Shown: in pieces, positions 44,336-52,552 of the stretch
Layout: each line of letters opens with the position of its first letter
Position numbering within the stretch: position 1 is the stretch's first letter
DNA from: a virus
Lineage: Duplodnaviria; Caudoviricetes
Strand: one strand, 5' to 3'
Length of the DNA stretch: 53,985 bases
IMG/VR virus record: IMGVR_UViG_3300045996_001810
Coordinates: 1-53,985 of that record
The notes under the pieces: model-generated
The model's database searches: none
What the model was told of the DNA's origin: nothing
What the model saw: only the letters and a program-made list of their open reading frames with translations
Translations under genes and position numbers: made by a program

Positions 44336-45582
44336 GTCAGGCCGGCGGTGGGCGTGATGTAGCGCACGTCGGTCATGCGCTGCGCCCTCTCGTCGAACGT
44401 CACGAGCAGCTGGCAGGGGCGCTCGCCGCCGCCGAAGTTCTTGAGGGTCCACTCGTCGCAGCCCTTCAAGCTGCCGTTCCCGATGATCCGGCCGCCCTGC
44501 ACGACGTTGGCCTGGTGCCAGTGCCCGAAGAGGAAGTGGTCGATCGGGAACGGGTAGCTCGCCTGCAGCGTGTTCGTGCGGCGCATGATCCCGCCCCACG
44601 GCACCCCCGGCATGCTCGAGCGGACCCCGTCGCCGTGGAAGACGTAGCAGCGGCGCCCGGCGACCGTGTGCAGAAGCGAGCCGCGGCCGATCTCGAACGA
44701 GCTGATGTTGCCGACCCGCTTGACGATCTCGCGGGTGAAGCACGCGGCGACCCAGTCCATGTTCTCGTGCGGGTTCTTCGCCGCCGGCTTGCGCTCGAAG
44801 CGCGGATGGTTGCCCTCCACCGCGAACACGCGCACGTCGGGGGCGAGGGCGGCGAGCCGGGAGAGGATCTCGGCCTGCAGGTAGGCGATCTTGACGCCCT
44901 GCTCGGCCATCCCGAACTGGTTGGTCTCCTTGATCTCCTCGTGGTTGGCGCCCGAGCACATATCGCCGATGAAGCCGACGTCGAGGCCGGAGAGCGCGGG
45001 CATCTTGCGCATGTGGCTCTCGACGCCCTTGAGGACCTCCTCGACCCGGGCGAGCTGGATCTCCCAGTCGTACTCGTTGAGGTCGTTGACGACCTGCCGG
45101 TCGACCCGTTCGCCGCCGTGGAAGTCTGAGAGCATCAGGAGCGCCCGGTGGTGCGCGCGCGAGGGCCGCTTGGGCGCCTTCTCGGGGAGGGGGAGGGGCC
45201 GCCAGCGGATCCGGTCGATGGCGCCCTCCATCGCGAGCATGAGCCGCTCGTCGGCGACTGCGGCCTTCCGGTGCCGGGTGAGCGCCTGCCGGAGCTCGGC
45301 GTTCTCGGCCTGCAGGACGTCTTCCCGGGACGGGCCGGCCTGCTCCTCCCCGTCCGGCTGGGTGCCCACGGCGCGGCGGCGGCGCTCCGCGGACGTGCGG
45401 GCGGCGAACTGGTCGTTGAGGCCGAGCTTCTTGATCCGGCTCTTGACCGCCTCGGCGCTGACGCCCTCCATGCCCGTGACGGCGTGGAGGCGTTGGGCGA
45501 GCTCCGCGGTGCTGACGCACCCCTGGGCGAGCTCGAGGAGCTGCTCGCTGGGGGGCCAGACGTACTGGGGGCGGCCGGCCAT
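44332..45582 (-). CDS. Calcineurin-like metallophosphoesterase with N-terminal HTH/coiled coil
   Basis: SDFH, GD, GNH, FHGD, GHWH motifs; start defined by the motif at 45589. Confidence 0.85.
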   Translation of the reverse strand: MAGRPQYVWPPSEQLLELAQGCVSTAELAQRLHAVTGMEGVSAEAVKSRIKKLGLNDQFAARTSAERRRRAVGTQPDGEEQAGPSREDVLQAENAELRQALTRHRKAAVADERLMLAMEGAIDRIRWRPLPLPEKAPKRPSRAHHRALLMLSDFHGGERVDRQVVNDLNEYDWEIQLARVEEVLKGVESHMRKMPALSGLDVGFIGDMCSGANHEEIKETNQFGMAEQGVKIAYLQAEILSRLAALAPDVRVFAVEGNHPRFERKPAAKNPHENMDWVAACFTREIVKRVGNISSFEIGRGSLLHTVAGRRCYVFHGDGVRSSMPGVPWGGIMRRTNTLQASYPFPIDHFLFGHWHQANVVQGGRIIGNGSLKGCDEWTLKNFGGGERPCQLLVTFDERAQRMTDVRYITPTAGLT

Positions 45583-45592
45583 GCCCCGGCGA

Positions 45593-46168
45593 CTATCCGG
45601 GGGCGCCTGCGAACCCTGACCCCATGCGGCGGCGCGCTGCGCCGGCCAGCTGGCACGCGCGCGTCGCGCTGACCCCGAAGGTCTCGCCGATCTCCGCGTG
45701 GCTGTAGCCCATCGCCTGCATGACCAGGGCGCGCCGCTCGCGCGCCGGGAGCTGCCGGAGCGCGTCGCGGACCTCGGCGTCGCGCGCCTGTTCGGCGACG
45801 TCGTGCGAGTCGGGGAGCGTGTCCCCGCGGCGGACCGTGCCGCCGTCGTCGGTGATGAAGGTCTCGTCGAGGCTGACGAACCGCCAGTCGGCCTCACGCT
45901 TCTGATAGTCGCGGCCCTGGCCGCGGAGGGCGCGGTTCTCGACGCGCATCGCGTCGATCACCGCGGTCGTGCACCGCCGCCACGCCCAGGTAGTGAACGT
46001 GGCGCCGCGGGCGGGGTCGTAGACGTGCGCGGCCCTGACCAGGGCCAGGAGCGCGACAGCGTGCGCGTCCTCCATGCCGATCCCGTTCGCGGCAATCTGG
46101 GTCCGTAGCCGGTTCACGACGGCGCCCGCGACGGCCATGTTGGCCTCGGCGAGCTCGGCGGCGGTCAT
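45593..46168 (-). CDS. Phage sigma-70 family sigma factor (regions 2 and 4)
   Basis: YDPARGATFTTWAW...IDAMR; VSLDE; LPARERRAL..AMGYSHAEIGETFGVS. Confidence 0.88.
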   Translation of the reverse strand: MTAAELAEANMAVAGAVVNRLRTQIAANGIGMEDAHAVALLALVRAAHVYDPARGATFTTWAWRRCTTAVIDAMRVENRALRGQGRDYQKREADWRFVSLDETFITDDGGTVRRGDTLPDSHDVAEQARDAEVRDALRQLPARERRALVMQAMGYSHAEIGETFGVSATRACQLAGAARRRMGSGFAGAPG

Positions 46169-46347
46169 ACGCGCGTCCACCGGGGCGGCTTGAGGTCGTA
46201 CTTGCGGACCTTGAGGACGCCGATGTTGCCGTGCCCCGGGACGCGGAGCAGGCCGCGGACGAACTTGTCGCCCTCGTCGCGGACGGTCATGGTCACGCGG
46301 GAGCCGGAGAAGCGGAAGGTGGCCCCGAGGTGCGCCGATCGGTCCAT
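46165..46347 (-). CDS. Small basic hypothetical protein co-transcribed with the sigma gene
   Basis: 60 aa; motif at 46353; ATGA overlap. Confidence 0.65.
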   Translation of the reverse strand: MDRSAHLGATFRFSGSRVTMTVRDEGDKFVRGLLRVPGHGNIGVLKVRKYDLKPPRWTRV

Positions 46348-46395
46348 CGCCGGCGACTATCGGACCGCCTTCTCGGCCCCTGACCCCTGAAACGG

Positions 46396-46423
46396 CGAGA
46401 GCCCGCCGATGGGCGGGCTCTCG
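46396..46423 (-). terminator. Terminator hairpin after major capsid gene
   Basis: 12-bp perfect stem CGAGAGCCCGCC/GGCGGGCTCTCG followed by CCGTTT. Confidence 0.75.
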
Positions 46424-46446
46424 AACGTCCAGGCTGGAGGAGGGGC

Positions 46447-47400
46447 CTAGAGGGTGTCGCCGATCTCGTAGCCGAGCTCGGGCGCGCAGACCTTCTCGTC
46501 GACGCACTCCCACGCGCGGATATTGTCGACGGGCGGGTCATCCGAGCGCCACCGGTCGACCTCCTCCGGCAGCGCCTTGAACGAGTAGCCGACCGAGGGG
46601 ATGCCCCAGCCGCCGCCGCGCGGGCTGACGTGCAGGAGCCGGACGCTGTCGCCCCAGATTTCCGTGAGGTCGGTCACGGTGGCGCCCTCGTTGCCCGTGT
46701 CGTACAGGGCGCCCTGCGGGACGACGACGTCCATGCCCCACAGCTTCGACGGGAGGATGAACTCGCCGGTGCTGAGGATCTGCTGCGCGTTGACCGTGTA
46801 CTTGAGCAGCTCCCTGATGTCCTGCTGCACCGCGACCTCCGCGGCGACCAGGTACGGGATCACGATGACGTTCGGGACGCGGCCGGTGCGCTTGTAGACG
46901 GCGAGCTTGCCCGTCTTGACGTCGGCCTCGATCGTCGCGGCGTCCGTGTTCCACTTGTTCGACGTGTTGGCGCCCAGGGTGAGCGACCCGCCGTTCGAGG
47001 TGGTGCGCAGGAGCTGGGCGGCGCGGACCTCGCGGGCGAGCGCCATCTGCCCGAGCAGGTGCTCGAGCTTCTGCATCTCGAGCTTGAGCGCGGCGTGCGC
47101 CTGACGGCGCTCCTTCGCGGTGATCGTCGCCTTGAGCCGGAAGTCCTCGCAGAGGAAGCTGTCCGTGCTCCACTCGAACGCGACCTCGGGGGTCTCGGCG
47201 CGGTCGGCGACCCGGGACTCGGCGAGCACCCGGAACCAGTACTCCTTCGTGAAGACCGGGTACTGGCCGGCGTCCTTGTCCACGGTGATGGACGGCAGGA
47301 CCCGGTTGTAGATGAAGCCGTCCGGGGTGTAGCGGCGCGCGACCTCCGTGAGGACGGGGTCGATGATCTGAAGATCGCGGGTGTTGTTCGCGTAGGCCAT
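46447..47400 (-). CDS. Major capsid protein
   Basis: 317 aa, IDPVLTEVA...ELGYEI; GGAGG RBS; follows protease and decoration genes. Confidence 0.85.
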   Translation of the reverse strand: MAYANNTRDLQIIDPVLTEVARRYTPDGFIYNRVLPSITVDKDAGQYPVFTKEYWFRVLAESRVADRAETPEVAFEWSTDSFLCEDFRLKATITAKERRQAHAALKLEMQKLEHLLGQMALAREVRAAQLLRTTSNGGSLTLGANTSNKWNTDAATIEADVKTGKLAVYKRTGRVPNVIVIPYLVAAEVAVQQDIRELLKYTVNAQQILSTGEFILPSKLWGMDVVVPQGALYDTGNEGATVTDLTEIWGDSVRLLHVSPRGGGWGIPSVGYSFKALPEEVDRWRSDDPPVDNIRAWECVDEKVCAPELGYEIGDTL

Positions 47401-47418
47401 GGTGGTCTCCCGCCTCCG

Positions 47419-47859
47419 TTACGGGGTGCCGGAGAGGGGGCGGGGGTTGACGTAGAGCGAGAAGACCTCGCCGGCGGCGGCGGGGGTCTCGGACTGGCCG
47501 ATCGTGTACCGCAGGGAGCCGGACGCGGCCGCGACGGGGCCCATCGCCCCGTTGCTCGAGGCGATGTTGACCTCGGCGCCGACGCCGATGGAGGCGCCCG
47601 CGACGACCTTGACGGTGTTGCCCTGGCCGTGCACGGTGACGGCGGCCGGGTACTCGGCGCCGGACGCGGCGGGCTGCGCCTTCGCCAGGGCGATGCCGAG
47701 CGGGAGCTCGTTGTAGGTGGCGATCGGGAGCACCGCGCGCGGCTGGGTGCCGGTCGGGGCGCTCTTGACGGGCATGGCGCCGCCCCCCGAGAGGGGGCCG
47801 ACGAGGGTCGCGATCGCGATGCCGGGGAACTTGACCCCGTTGTGGCGCTCGTGGGCCAT
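47419..47859 (-). CDS. Capsid decoration/cement protein (DUF2190-like)
   Basis: Gly/Ala-rich, VKVVAGASIGVGAEV...IGQSETPAAAGEVF; synteny. Confidence 0.75.
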   Translation of the reverse strand: MAHERHNGVKFPGIAIATLVGPLSGGGAMPVKSAPTGTQPRAVLPIATYNELPLGIALAKAQPAASGAEYPAAVTVHGQGNTVKVVAGASIGVGAEVNIASSNGAMGPVAAASGSLRYTIGQSETPAAAGEVFSLYVNPRPLSGTP

Positions 47860-48317
47860 CAGACGTTCTCCTCGGCGAGCAGGTAGACCGCGTCGGCGAA
47901 CGAGATGTTCTTCTCGGCGGCGAGGGTCTTGGCGCGGGCGGCGAGCGCCTCACGGTCCCCGGCGGCGTCCTCGCCGGCGGGGGCCGGTTCGCCCTTGGGC
48001 TCGGTCTTGACGACCGGGGGGAGCTCGTCGAGGGTCTTGACCGCGAGGTCGAGGTCGACCTCGGCCAGCTTCTCGAAGCCGGACTTGGACGCGGGCGCGA
48101 CGCGGCCCTCGTCGAGCGCCTTGGCGTAGGCGGTGGCGAACCGGTCGGTGGCCGCGGTCTCGCCGGCGGCCGCCTTGACCAGAAGGTCGGCGTGCTCGTC
48201 AGCGGAGAGCAGGACCATGCCGGAGGTCTCGGGGCGCGCGTCGATCGCGTCGAGGATCTGGGCCTCGTCCGCGTCATCGGCGAGCCCGAGCTTGGTGGCG
48301 ATGGCAGAGAGGCTCAT
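47859..48317 (-). CDS. Nested in-frame scaffold protein (MSLSAIATKLGL...)
   Basis: Internal ATG preceded by the late motif at 48324. Confidence 0.7.
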   Translation of the reverse strand: MSLSAIATKLGLADDADEAQILDAIDARPETSGMVLLSADEHADLLVKAAAGETAATDRFATAYAKALDEGRVAPASKSGFEKLAEVDLDLAVKTLDELPPVVKTEPKGEPAPAGEDAAGDREALAARAKTLAAEKNISFADAVYLLAEENV

Positions 48318-48827
48318 ACGCCCGCGACTATCCGACCGGTCCGGCTGGGCGGCGACCGCCTCGAAGTCCTCGCTCAGGCTGATCGCGGGCATCCGCTTGC
48401 GCAGGAACGGCCGGTTGGTCAGGCCGGCGCCGAGCAGCGTCTTGCCGCGGTCGACGCCGTGCTCGTCTTTCCACGCCCCGACGAACGTGGGGGAGATGTA
48501 CCGGTACTCGCCGTTACGGATCGCCTCGGCGCCGGCCGGGGTGAACTCGACGTCGGCCAGGACGTGCTCGCCCTCGACGACCAGGTCACGGATCCAGCCG
48601 GCGGCCTTCGTGCCCTTCCCCTTCTCGGGGGAGTGGTCGAAGTCGATGAGCGCCTCCCCGTTGAAGTGCTCGGCGAGGTTGCGCTTCCAGCTCGCGGCGT
48701 CCTCGGGAGTGATGGAGAACTCGCCGTAGCGGCGGTCCTTGAAGCGGTCCAGGCGCGCGACGGGGATCCGCTTACGGCGGCTGTCGTCGAGCGTGGTGGG
48801 GGCGTCGGCGATCGCGAACAGGTCCAT
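47859..48827 (-). CDS. Mu gpI-like prohead protease with C-terminal scaffold
   Basis: IDFDH...AAGWI...EYRYISPTF...AGLTNRPF. Confidence 0.92.
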   Translation of the reverse strand: MDLFAIADAPTTLDDSRRKRIPVARLDRFKDRRYGEFSITPEDAASWKRNLAEHFNGEALIDFDHSPEKGKGTKAAGWIRDLVVEGEHVLADVEFTPAGAEAIRNGEYRYISPTFVGAWKDEHGVDRGKTLLGAGLTNRPFLRKRMPAISLSEDFEAVAAQPDRSDSRGRMSLSAIATKLGLADDADEAQILDAIDARPETSGMVLLSADEHADLLVKAAAGETAATDRFATAYAKALDEGRVAPASKSGFEKLAEVDLDLAVKTLDELPPVVKTEPKGEPAPAGEDAAGDREALAARAKTLAAEKNISFADAVYLLAEENV

Positions 48828-48854
48828 CGCCGGCGACTATCCGGCCGCGGGCCC

Positions 48855-48884
48855 TTGACGCCCCGCCCCCCACCCGGCTACTCT
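48855..48884 (+). promoter_or_regulatory. Rightward promoter TTGACG-18-TACTCT
   Basis: Divergent from the protease late motif; precedes the plus-strand cassette. Confidence 0.72.
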
Positions 48885-48954
48885 GTACGTTGTCAAGAGG
48901 GCGTGAGGAGCGCGGACCCACCCGCGGCGCCCCAATCCACGAGGAGGACCCATC

Positions 48955-49317
48955 ATGGGGGCAGACCCATCCTGCACCGATGGGCGGCGCGTGCCCGCCG
49001 ACCACCCTGACCGGCTCACGGCCGACAGGGCCTACCGTCACGCCGCGAGCCGCGGCGAGCCGCTCTCGCAGCGGATCACTCCCCGCCAGGTCGCGCAGGT
49101 ACGCGCCGCCCTGGCCCGCTACCCGGAGCGCGATCAGCGGCTCCGGGCGGCCGACCTGGACGCGTTCGTGACCGGGGTGCGGCCCCGGCGCGATCTGCCC
49201 GTCCAGGTGCAGCGCGACCTCGCGTCGTTGACGCGGGAGGCGAAGACCAGCGCGGCGCTCTGGCCCCGCAAAGTCGGCGCGATCGTCCAGGCAATCGTCA
49301 GCGAGCAGACACGTTGA
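48955..49317 (+). CDS. Hypothetical protein
   Basis: 120 aa; GAGGAGG RBS. Confidence 0.6.
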   Translation: MGADPSCTDGRRVPADHPDRLTADRAYRHAASRGEPLSQRITPRQVAQVRAALARYPERDQRLRAADLDAFVTGVRPRRDLPVQVQRDLASLTREAKTSAALWPRKVGAIVQAIVSEQTR

Positions 49318-49433
49318 CCAGGAAACTCTCAACCGGTCAGGGCGTCCGCGCGATGGACGCCAGTAGACCCACCGCCCCGAGGGCGCGGGCCGCCGAGGAG
49401 GCGGCCCGCGCGCTCCGTCACGGAGGAGGAACC

Positions 49434-49967
49434 GTGAGCCCTACCGCCCTACTGGCCGAGCCCGTCGCGTGCCCGGTCTGCTTCACCCCCGGCTGCGAGC
49501 GCGAGCACCGCGACTGCAGCCCCCGCCCCGCCCGCGCCCAGGCGCAGGCGCGCGCCCGGAACCTGCTCCGCGGCGGCGTGAGCCCGACCGCGGTCGCCGA
49601 GGTCATGCGCCACGACTACCCCGCCGGCGGCTGGACGCTCGAGGCGGTCCTCGCCCTGGAGGAGCCCGGCGCGCTCGTCACGGGCGCCGGCCTCGAGGTC
49701 GACGCGCCGAACCGGACGGTCGCGGTGAACGGGCAGCTCGTCCGGCTGACCCGGATGGAGGCGGCGGCACTCGCCTACCTCGCCGCCCGGGTGGACCGGC
49801 TCGTGTCCCGGGACCTGCTGCTCACGGAGGTGTGGGGGTGGCCGCCCGGGCTGCGCACCCGCGCTTTGGACACGCACCTCGTCCGGGTGCGGCAGAAGCT
49901 CGCGGCGGCGGGCTGGCCGGGCCGGATCGAGTCGGTCCGCGGCTCCGGCTACCGGTTGACACCGTAA
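49434..49967 (+). CDS. OmpR/PhoB-type winged-helix DNA-binding protein lacking a receiver domain
   Basis: LTRMEAAALAYL...VSRDLLLTEVWG...RALDTHLVRVRQKL...IESVRGSGYRL; GGAGGAGG RBS. Confidence 0.85.
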   Translation: MSPTALLAEPVACPVCFTPGCEREHRDCSPRPARAQAQARARNLLRGGVSPTAVAEVMRHDYPAGGWTLEAVLALEEPGALVTGAGLEVDAPNRTVAVNGQLVRLTRMEAAALAYLAARVDRLVSRDLLLTEVWGWPPGLRTRALDTHLVRVRQKLAAAGWPGRIESVRGSGYRLTP

Positions 49968-49984
49968 ACCCGGAGCGTTACGCT
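49956..49984 (+). promoter_or_regulatory. Promoter TTGACA-17-TACGCT
   Basis: Consensus spacing; overlaps near-palindrome TTGAC-ACC-GTAAA. Confidence 0.78.
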
Positions 49985-50053
49985 TCAACGTGCCCTGGCC
50001 CCGCCGGACCCACCCGGCGGGGCACCGACCCACCAGGAGAAGAGGAAACCCAC

Positions 50054-50354
50054 ATGGCCGGAGTCAAGATCCTGCCCGCCGTCCAGGCGCAACGCGACAA
50101 GGTCGCCGAGCGGCTCGAGGAGCACCTGCGTCTCCCCGACGCGCTCGACGCCGACGAGCGGGCATGGCTCGTCAGCGACGCGCTGGACACGATCCGCAGC
50201 CTGCAGGCCGAGATCCGGTCGCTGCGCGCCAAGCGCCACGCCCGCGACTGGCTGCTCCGCCCGCGACTGCGCCGCCCACGGCGACGCGGTCGGCGCCCAC
50301 CGCTGCATCACTTCGGCCCTCGAGGGCCCCGACTTCGACGAGCGCACCCGATGA
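50054..50354 (+). CDS. Hypothetical protein, apparently frameshifted near 50249
   Basis: RBS present; codon bias moves to the +1 frame after 50248. Confidence 0.45.
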
Positions 50355-50464
50355 CGTTCCTCACCCTGCTCGCCGCCGTCTACCTGACGGCCGCGGCCGT
50401 CGTCGCCGCCCTGCACTGGGCGCTGCACCACGGACCCGTCCGCCCCCAGCGCGAGGAGGCGTGA
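50351..50464 (+). CDS. Small TM protein
   Basis: MTFLTLLAAVYLTAAAVVAALHW. Confidence 0.5.
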   Translation: MTFLTLLAAVYLTAAAVVAALHWALHHGPVRPQREEA

Positions 50465-50661
50465 TGGACCGGACGGCCACGGCGCGCGTGTCGCACATGG
50501 CCGACGAGGCGCTGCGCGAGCAGATGCGGCTCTGTGAGGAGGAGGCCGACCTCGCCTACGAGGCGGGGGACCGGGAGTTCGCGTCGGGGGCGAGGACGAT
50601 GGCGCAGGCGTGTGCGCAGGTCCTCGCTCGCCGGCATGCCCGCGAGCCGGTCGCCGCATGA
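50464..50661 (+). CDS. Hypothetical protein
   Basis: 65 aa; GAGGAGG RBS. Confidence 0.6.
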   Translation: MDRTATARVSHMADEALREQMRLCEEEADLAYEAGDREFASGARTMAQACAQVLARRHAREPVAA

Positions 50662-50957
50662 GTCGCGCCCGGCCGCGGCGCGATCTCGCGCTCGAGCAGG
50701 CCCCCCGGCCCGTCCGGGCCGGCCCGCCTATGCCGCCCCTGGATCTCCACTACCAGGAGGCGCTCGCCGCGCGTCGCGGCGGGCAGCACGCGGTCGCGCG
50801 GGATCTGCTCGCGTTCCATGATCCGCTCGACCCGCTCGAGGTGGAGCGCAAGGCCGAGCAGCTGTACGGGTGGTGCCCGGCGGGCACCGTGACACTGGAG
50901 GAGTGCGAGGAGGCCGCCAGGCGCGTCCTCAGAGGAGGGAAGCTATGGGCAGGCTGA
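50658..50957 (+). CDS. Hypothetical protein
   Basis: 99 aa; ATGA overlap. Confidence 0.55.
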   Translation: MSRARPRRDLALEQAPRPVRAGPPMPPLDLHYQEALAARRGGQHAVARDLLAFHDPLDPLEVERKAEQLYGWCPAGTVTLEECEEAARRVLRGGKLWAG

Positions 50958-51003
50958 CGGCGGGAACCGAACCCGCGCGCCGTTCCCTACGTGAGGACGT
51001 CGC

Positions 51004-51627
51004 GTGACTCGGTATCGGACAATCGTCGTGGACCCGCCGTGGCCGTATGACGAGGGCTTCGCTGGCCTCTGGGGACCTTGCACGTCCGCGGAGGTGGCCG
51101 CCGGCTGGAAATCGAACGTCCAGCGTGCGGTCACCCCGACCGGATACCCGACCATGTCGCTTGACGACATTCGCGCGCTGGACGTTGGGGGTCTCGCAGA
51201 CAAAGACGCACGGATCTTCATGTGGGCCACACAGCGGTACTTGCCTGACGCGTTCGACATCCTGGCCGCGTGGGGGTTCCGGTATAAGCAGACGTTCGTG
51301 TGGCACAAGTTGCCCCCGGTGAGCCCGTTCGGCGGGTCGCTTGCCCCAAACAACGCCGAGTTTGCGCTTGTGGGCGTCAAGGGTTCGCCGCCTGTGCTCT
51401 CGCGAGCCAAGAGCTGCATCCTGGCGACCCCCGGGAACGCCGGGCGCCGGAAAGATAACGGTGCCGGACCGAACAAGCACAGCCGCAAACCGGACGCGTT
51501 CCTGGACATGGTCGAGCAGGTGTCGCCGGGGCCGTACGTGGAGCTCTTCGCCCGGCGCGCGCGCTTCGGCTGGGACTACTGGGGAAACGAGAGCCTTGGG
51601 ACTGCAGAGTTAGGAGAGGTGGCCTGA
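51004..51627 (+). CDS. MT-A70 family adenine methyltransferase
   Basis: IVVDPPW, YPTMSLDDI, FMWAT, HSRKP, YVELFAR. Confidence 0.92.
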   Translation: MTRYRTIVVDPPWPYDEGFAGLWGPCTSAEVAAGWKSNVQRAVTPTGYPTMSLDDIRALDVGGLADKDARIFMWATQRYLPDAFDILAAWGFRYKQTFVWHKLPPVSPFGGSLAPNNAEFALVGVKGSPPVLSRAKSCILATPGNAGRRKDNGAGPNKHSRKPDAFLDMVEQVSPGPYVELFARRARFGWDYWGNESLGTAELGEVA

Positions 51628-51628
51628 A

Positions 51629-51910
51629 ATGGAGAAGCAGAAGAGTGTCGAATCTGGGGTGGATCTCATCGCTGCGGAACGGGCGCGACAAGTGTCTGCC
51701 GAAGGCTGGACGGCAGAGCACGATGACGGGCATACGCATGGCGAGCTTGCCGCTGCTGCCGCCGCGTACGCATGGCCCTACGCCCCTGCGCTGTGGCCGT
51801 GGGGCGACGGGTTCAAGCCGACGTCACGCGAGCGCGACCTTGTCCGCGCTGGCGCGCTGATCGCCGCAGAGATCGACCGGCTGCGGAGGGCCAAACTGCA
51901 TGTCGCTTAG
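51629..51910 (+). CDS. Conserved phage hypothetical protein
   Basis: IAAERARQV..EGWT.EHDD...WPW...DLVRAGALIAAEIDR pattern. Confidence 0.8.
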   Translation: MEKQKSVESGVDLIAAERARQVSAEGWTAEHDDGHTHGELAAAAAAYAWPYAPALWPWGDGFKPTSRERDLVRAGALIAAEIDRLRRAKLHVA

Positions 51911-52310
51911 GAGGCGGACCTCGCTACGGCGCTACCTCGCCGTCATTCAGGACGCCCGCGGCTACCCCGCCAGCGACGAGCCGCTGCCAGCGCCCCCCGA
52001 GGGACCGATACAGCCGCTGATCGTCTCGGTCGTCAAGGCCGACGAGCACGATGCAGAGGTGGAGATGCTGCGGGCCGCTCTCGCGGAGGCATATCGTCGC
52101 AACGCGCTCGTCGTGGCTGGCGCGTGTGACGAGGTATCGGCCGGCGTCGGCGGTGATTCCGCTACCGGGCCGTACCTCTACGTCGAGCGCGGCGGCTTCA
52201 TGCTGCACCTCTACCTTCGCTGGTTCACGCTGCCGTGGCAGCACGGTCTGTACTGGGGCTGCACGCTCAGAGCGCGAGGCCGCTACCTGTTCTCGCGGAG
52301 CCGAATCTGA
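51900..52310 (+). CDS. Hypothetical protein
   Basis: 136 aa; GGAGG RBS. Confidence 0.5.
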   Translation: MSLRRRTSLRRYLAVIQDARGYPASDEPLPAPPEGPIQPLIVSVVKADEHDAEVEMLRAALAEAYRRNALVVAGACDEVSAGVGGDSATGPYLYVERGGFMLHLYLRWFTLPWQHGLYWGCTLRARGRYLFSRSRI

Positions 52311-52552
52311 TGCCTGATTCCATAAGGCCGGTTCGCGAGCCTACGGACGATAGCTCTACGGCGCTACGCCGGGTGGCCGACGAGCTCGCCAACATCAGGC
52401 GGGGCGTTGACTGGAACGCCCCGCCGCCTCGCACGCTTTACGCGGCGCTGCGCTCTACCGAATCAGTGGCTCGGCGCGCCTTGGGGGAGAGGCTGCCGGA
52501 CGACATCTGCCACGGCGGCAAGTTCACGTCGATCAGCGAGCAACGCTCGTGA
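52310..52552 (+). CDS. Hypothetical protein
   Basis: 80 aa; TGATG coupling. Confidence 0.45.
   Translation: MPDSIRPVREPTDDSSTALRRVADELANIRRGVDWNAPPPRTLYAALRSTESVARRALGERLPDDICHGGKFTSISEQRS

Noticed and set aside
5883-48841. GATAGTCGC repeats as a CRISPR array or mobile-element ends
   Set aside because: Dispersed, 9 bp, no spacers or cas/transposase genes; tied to start codons
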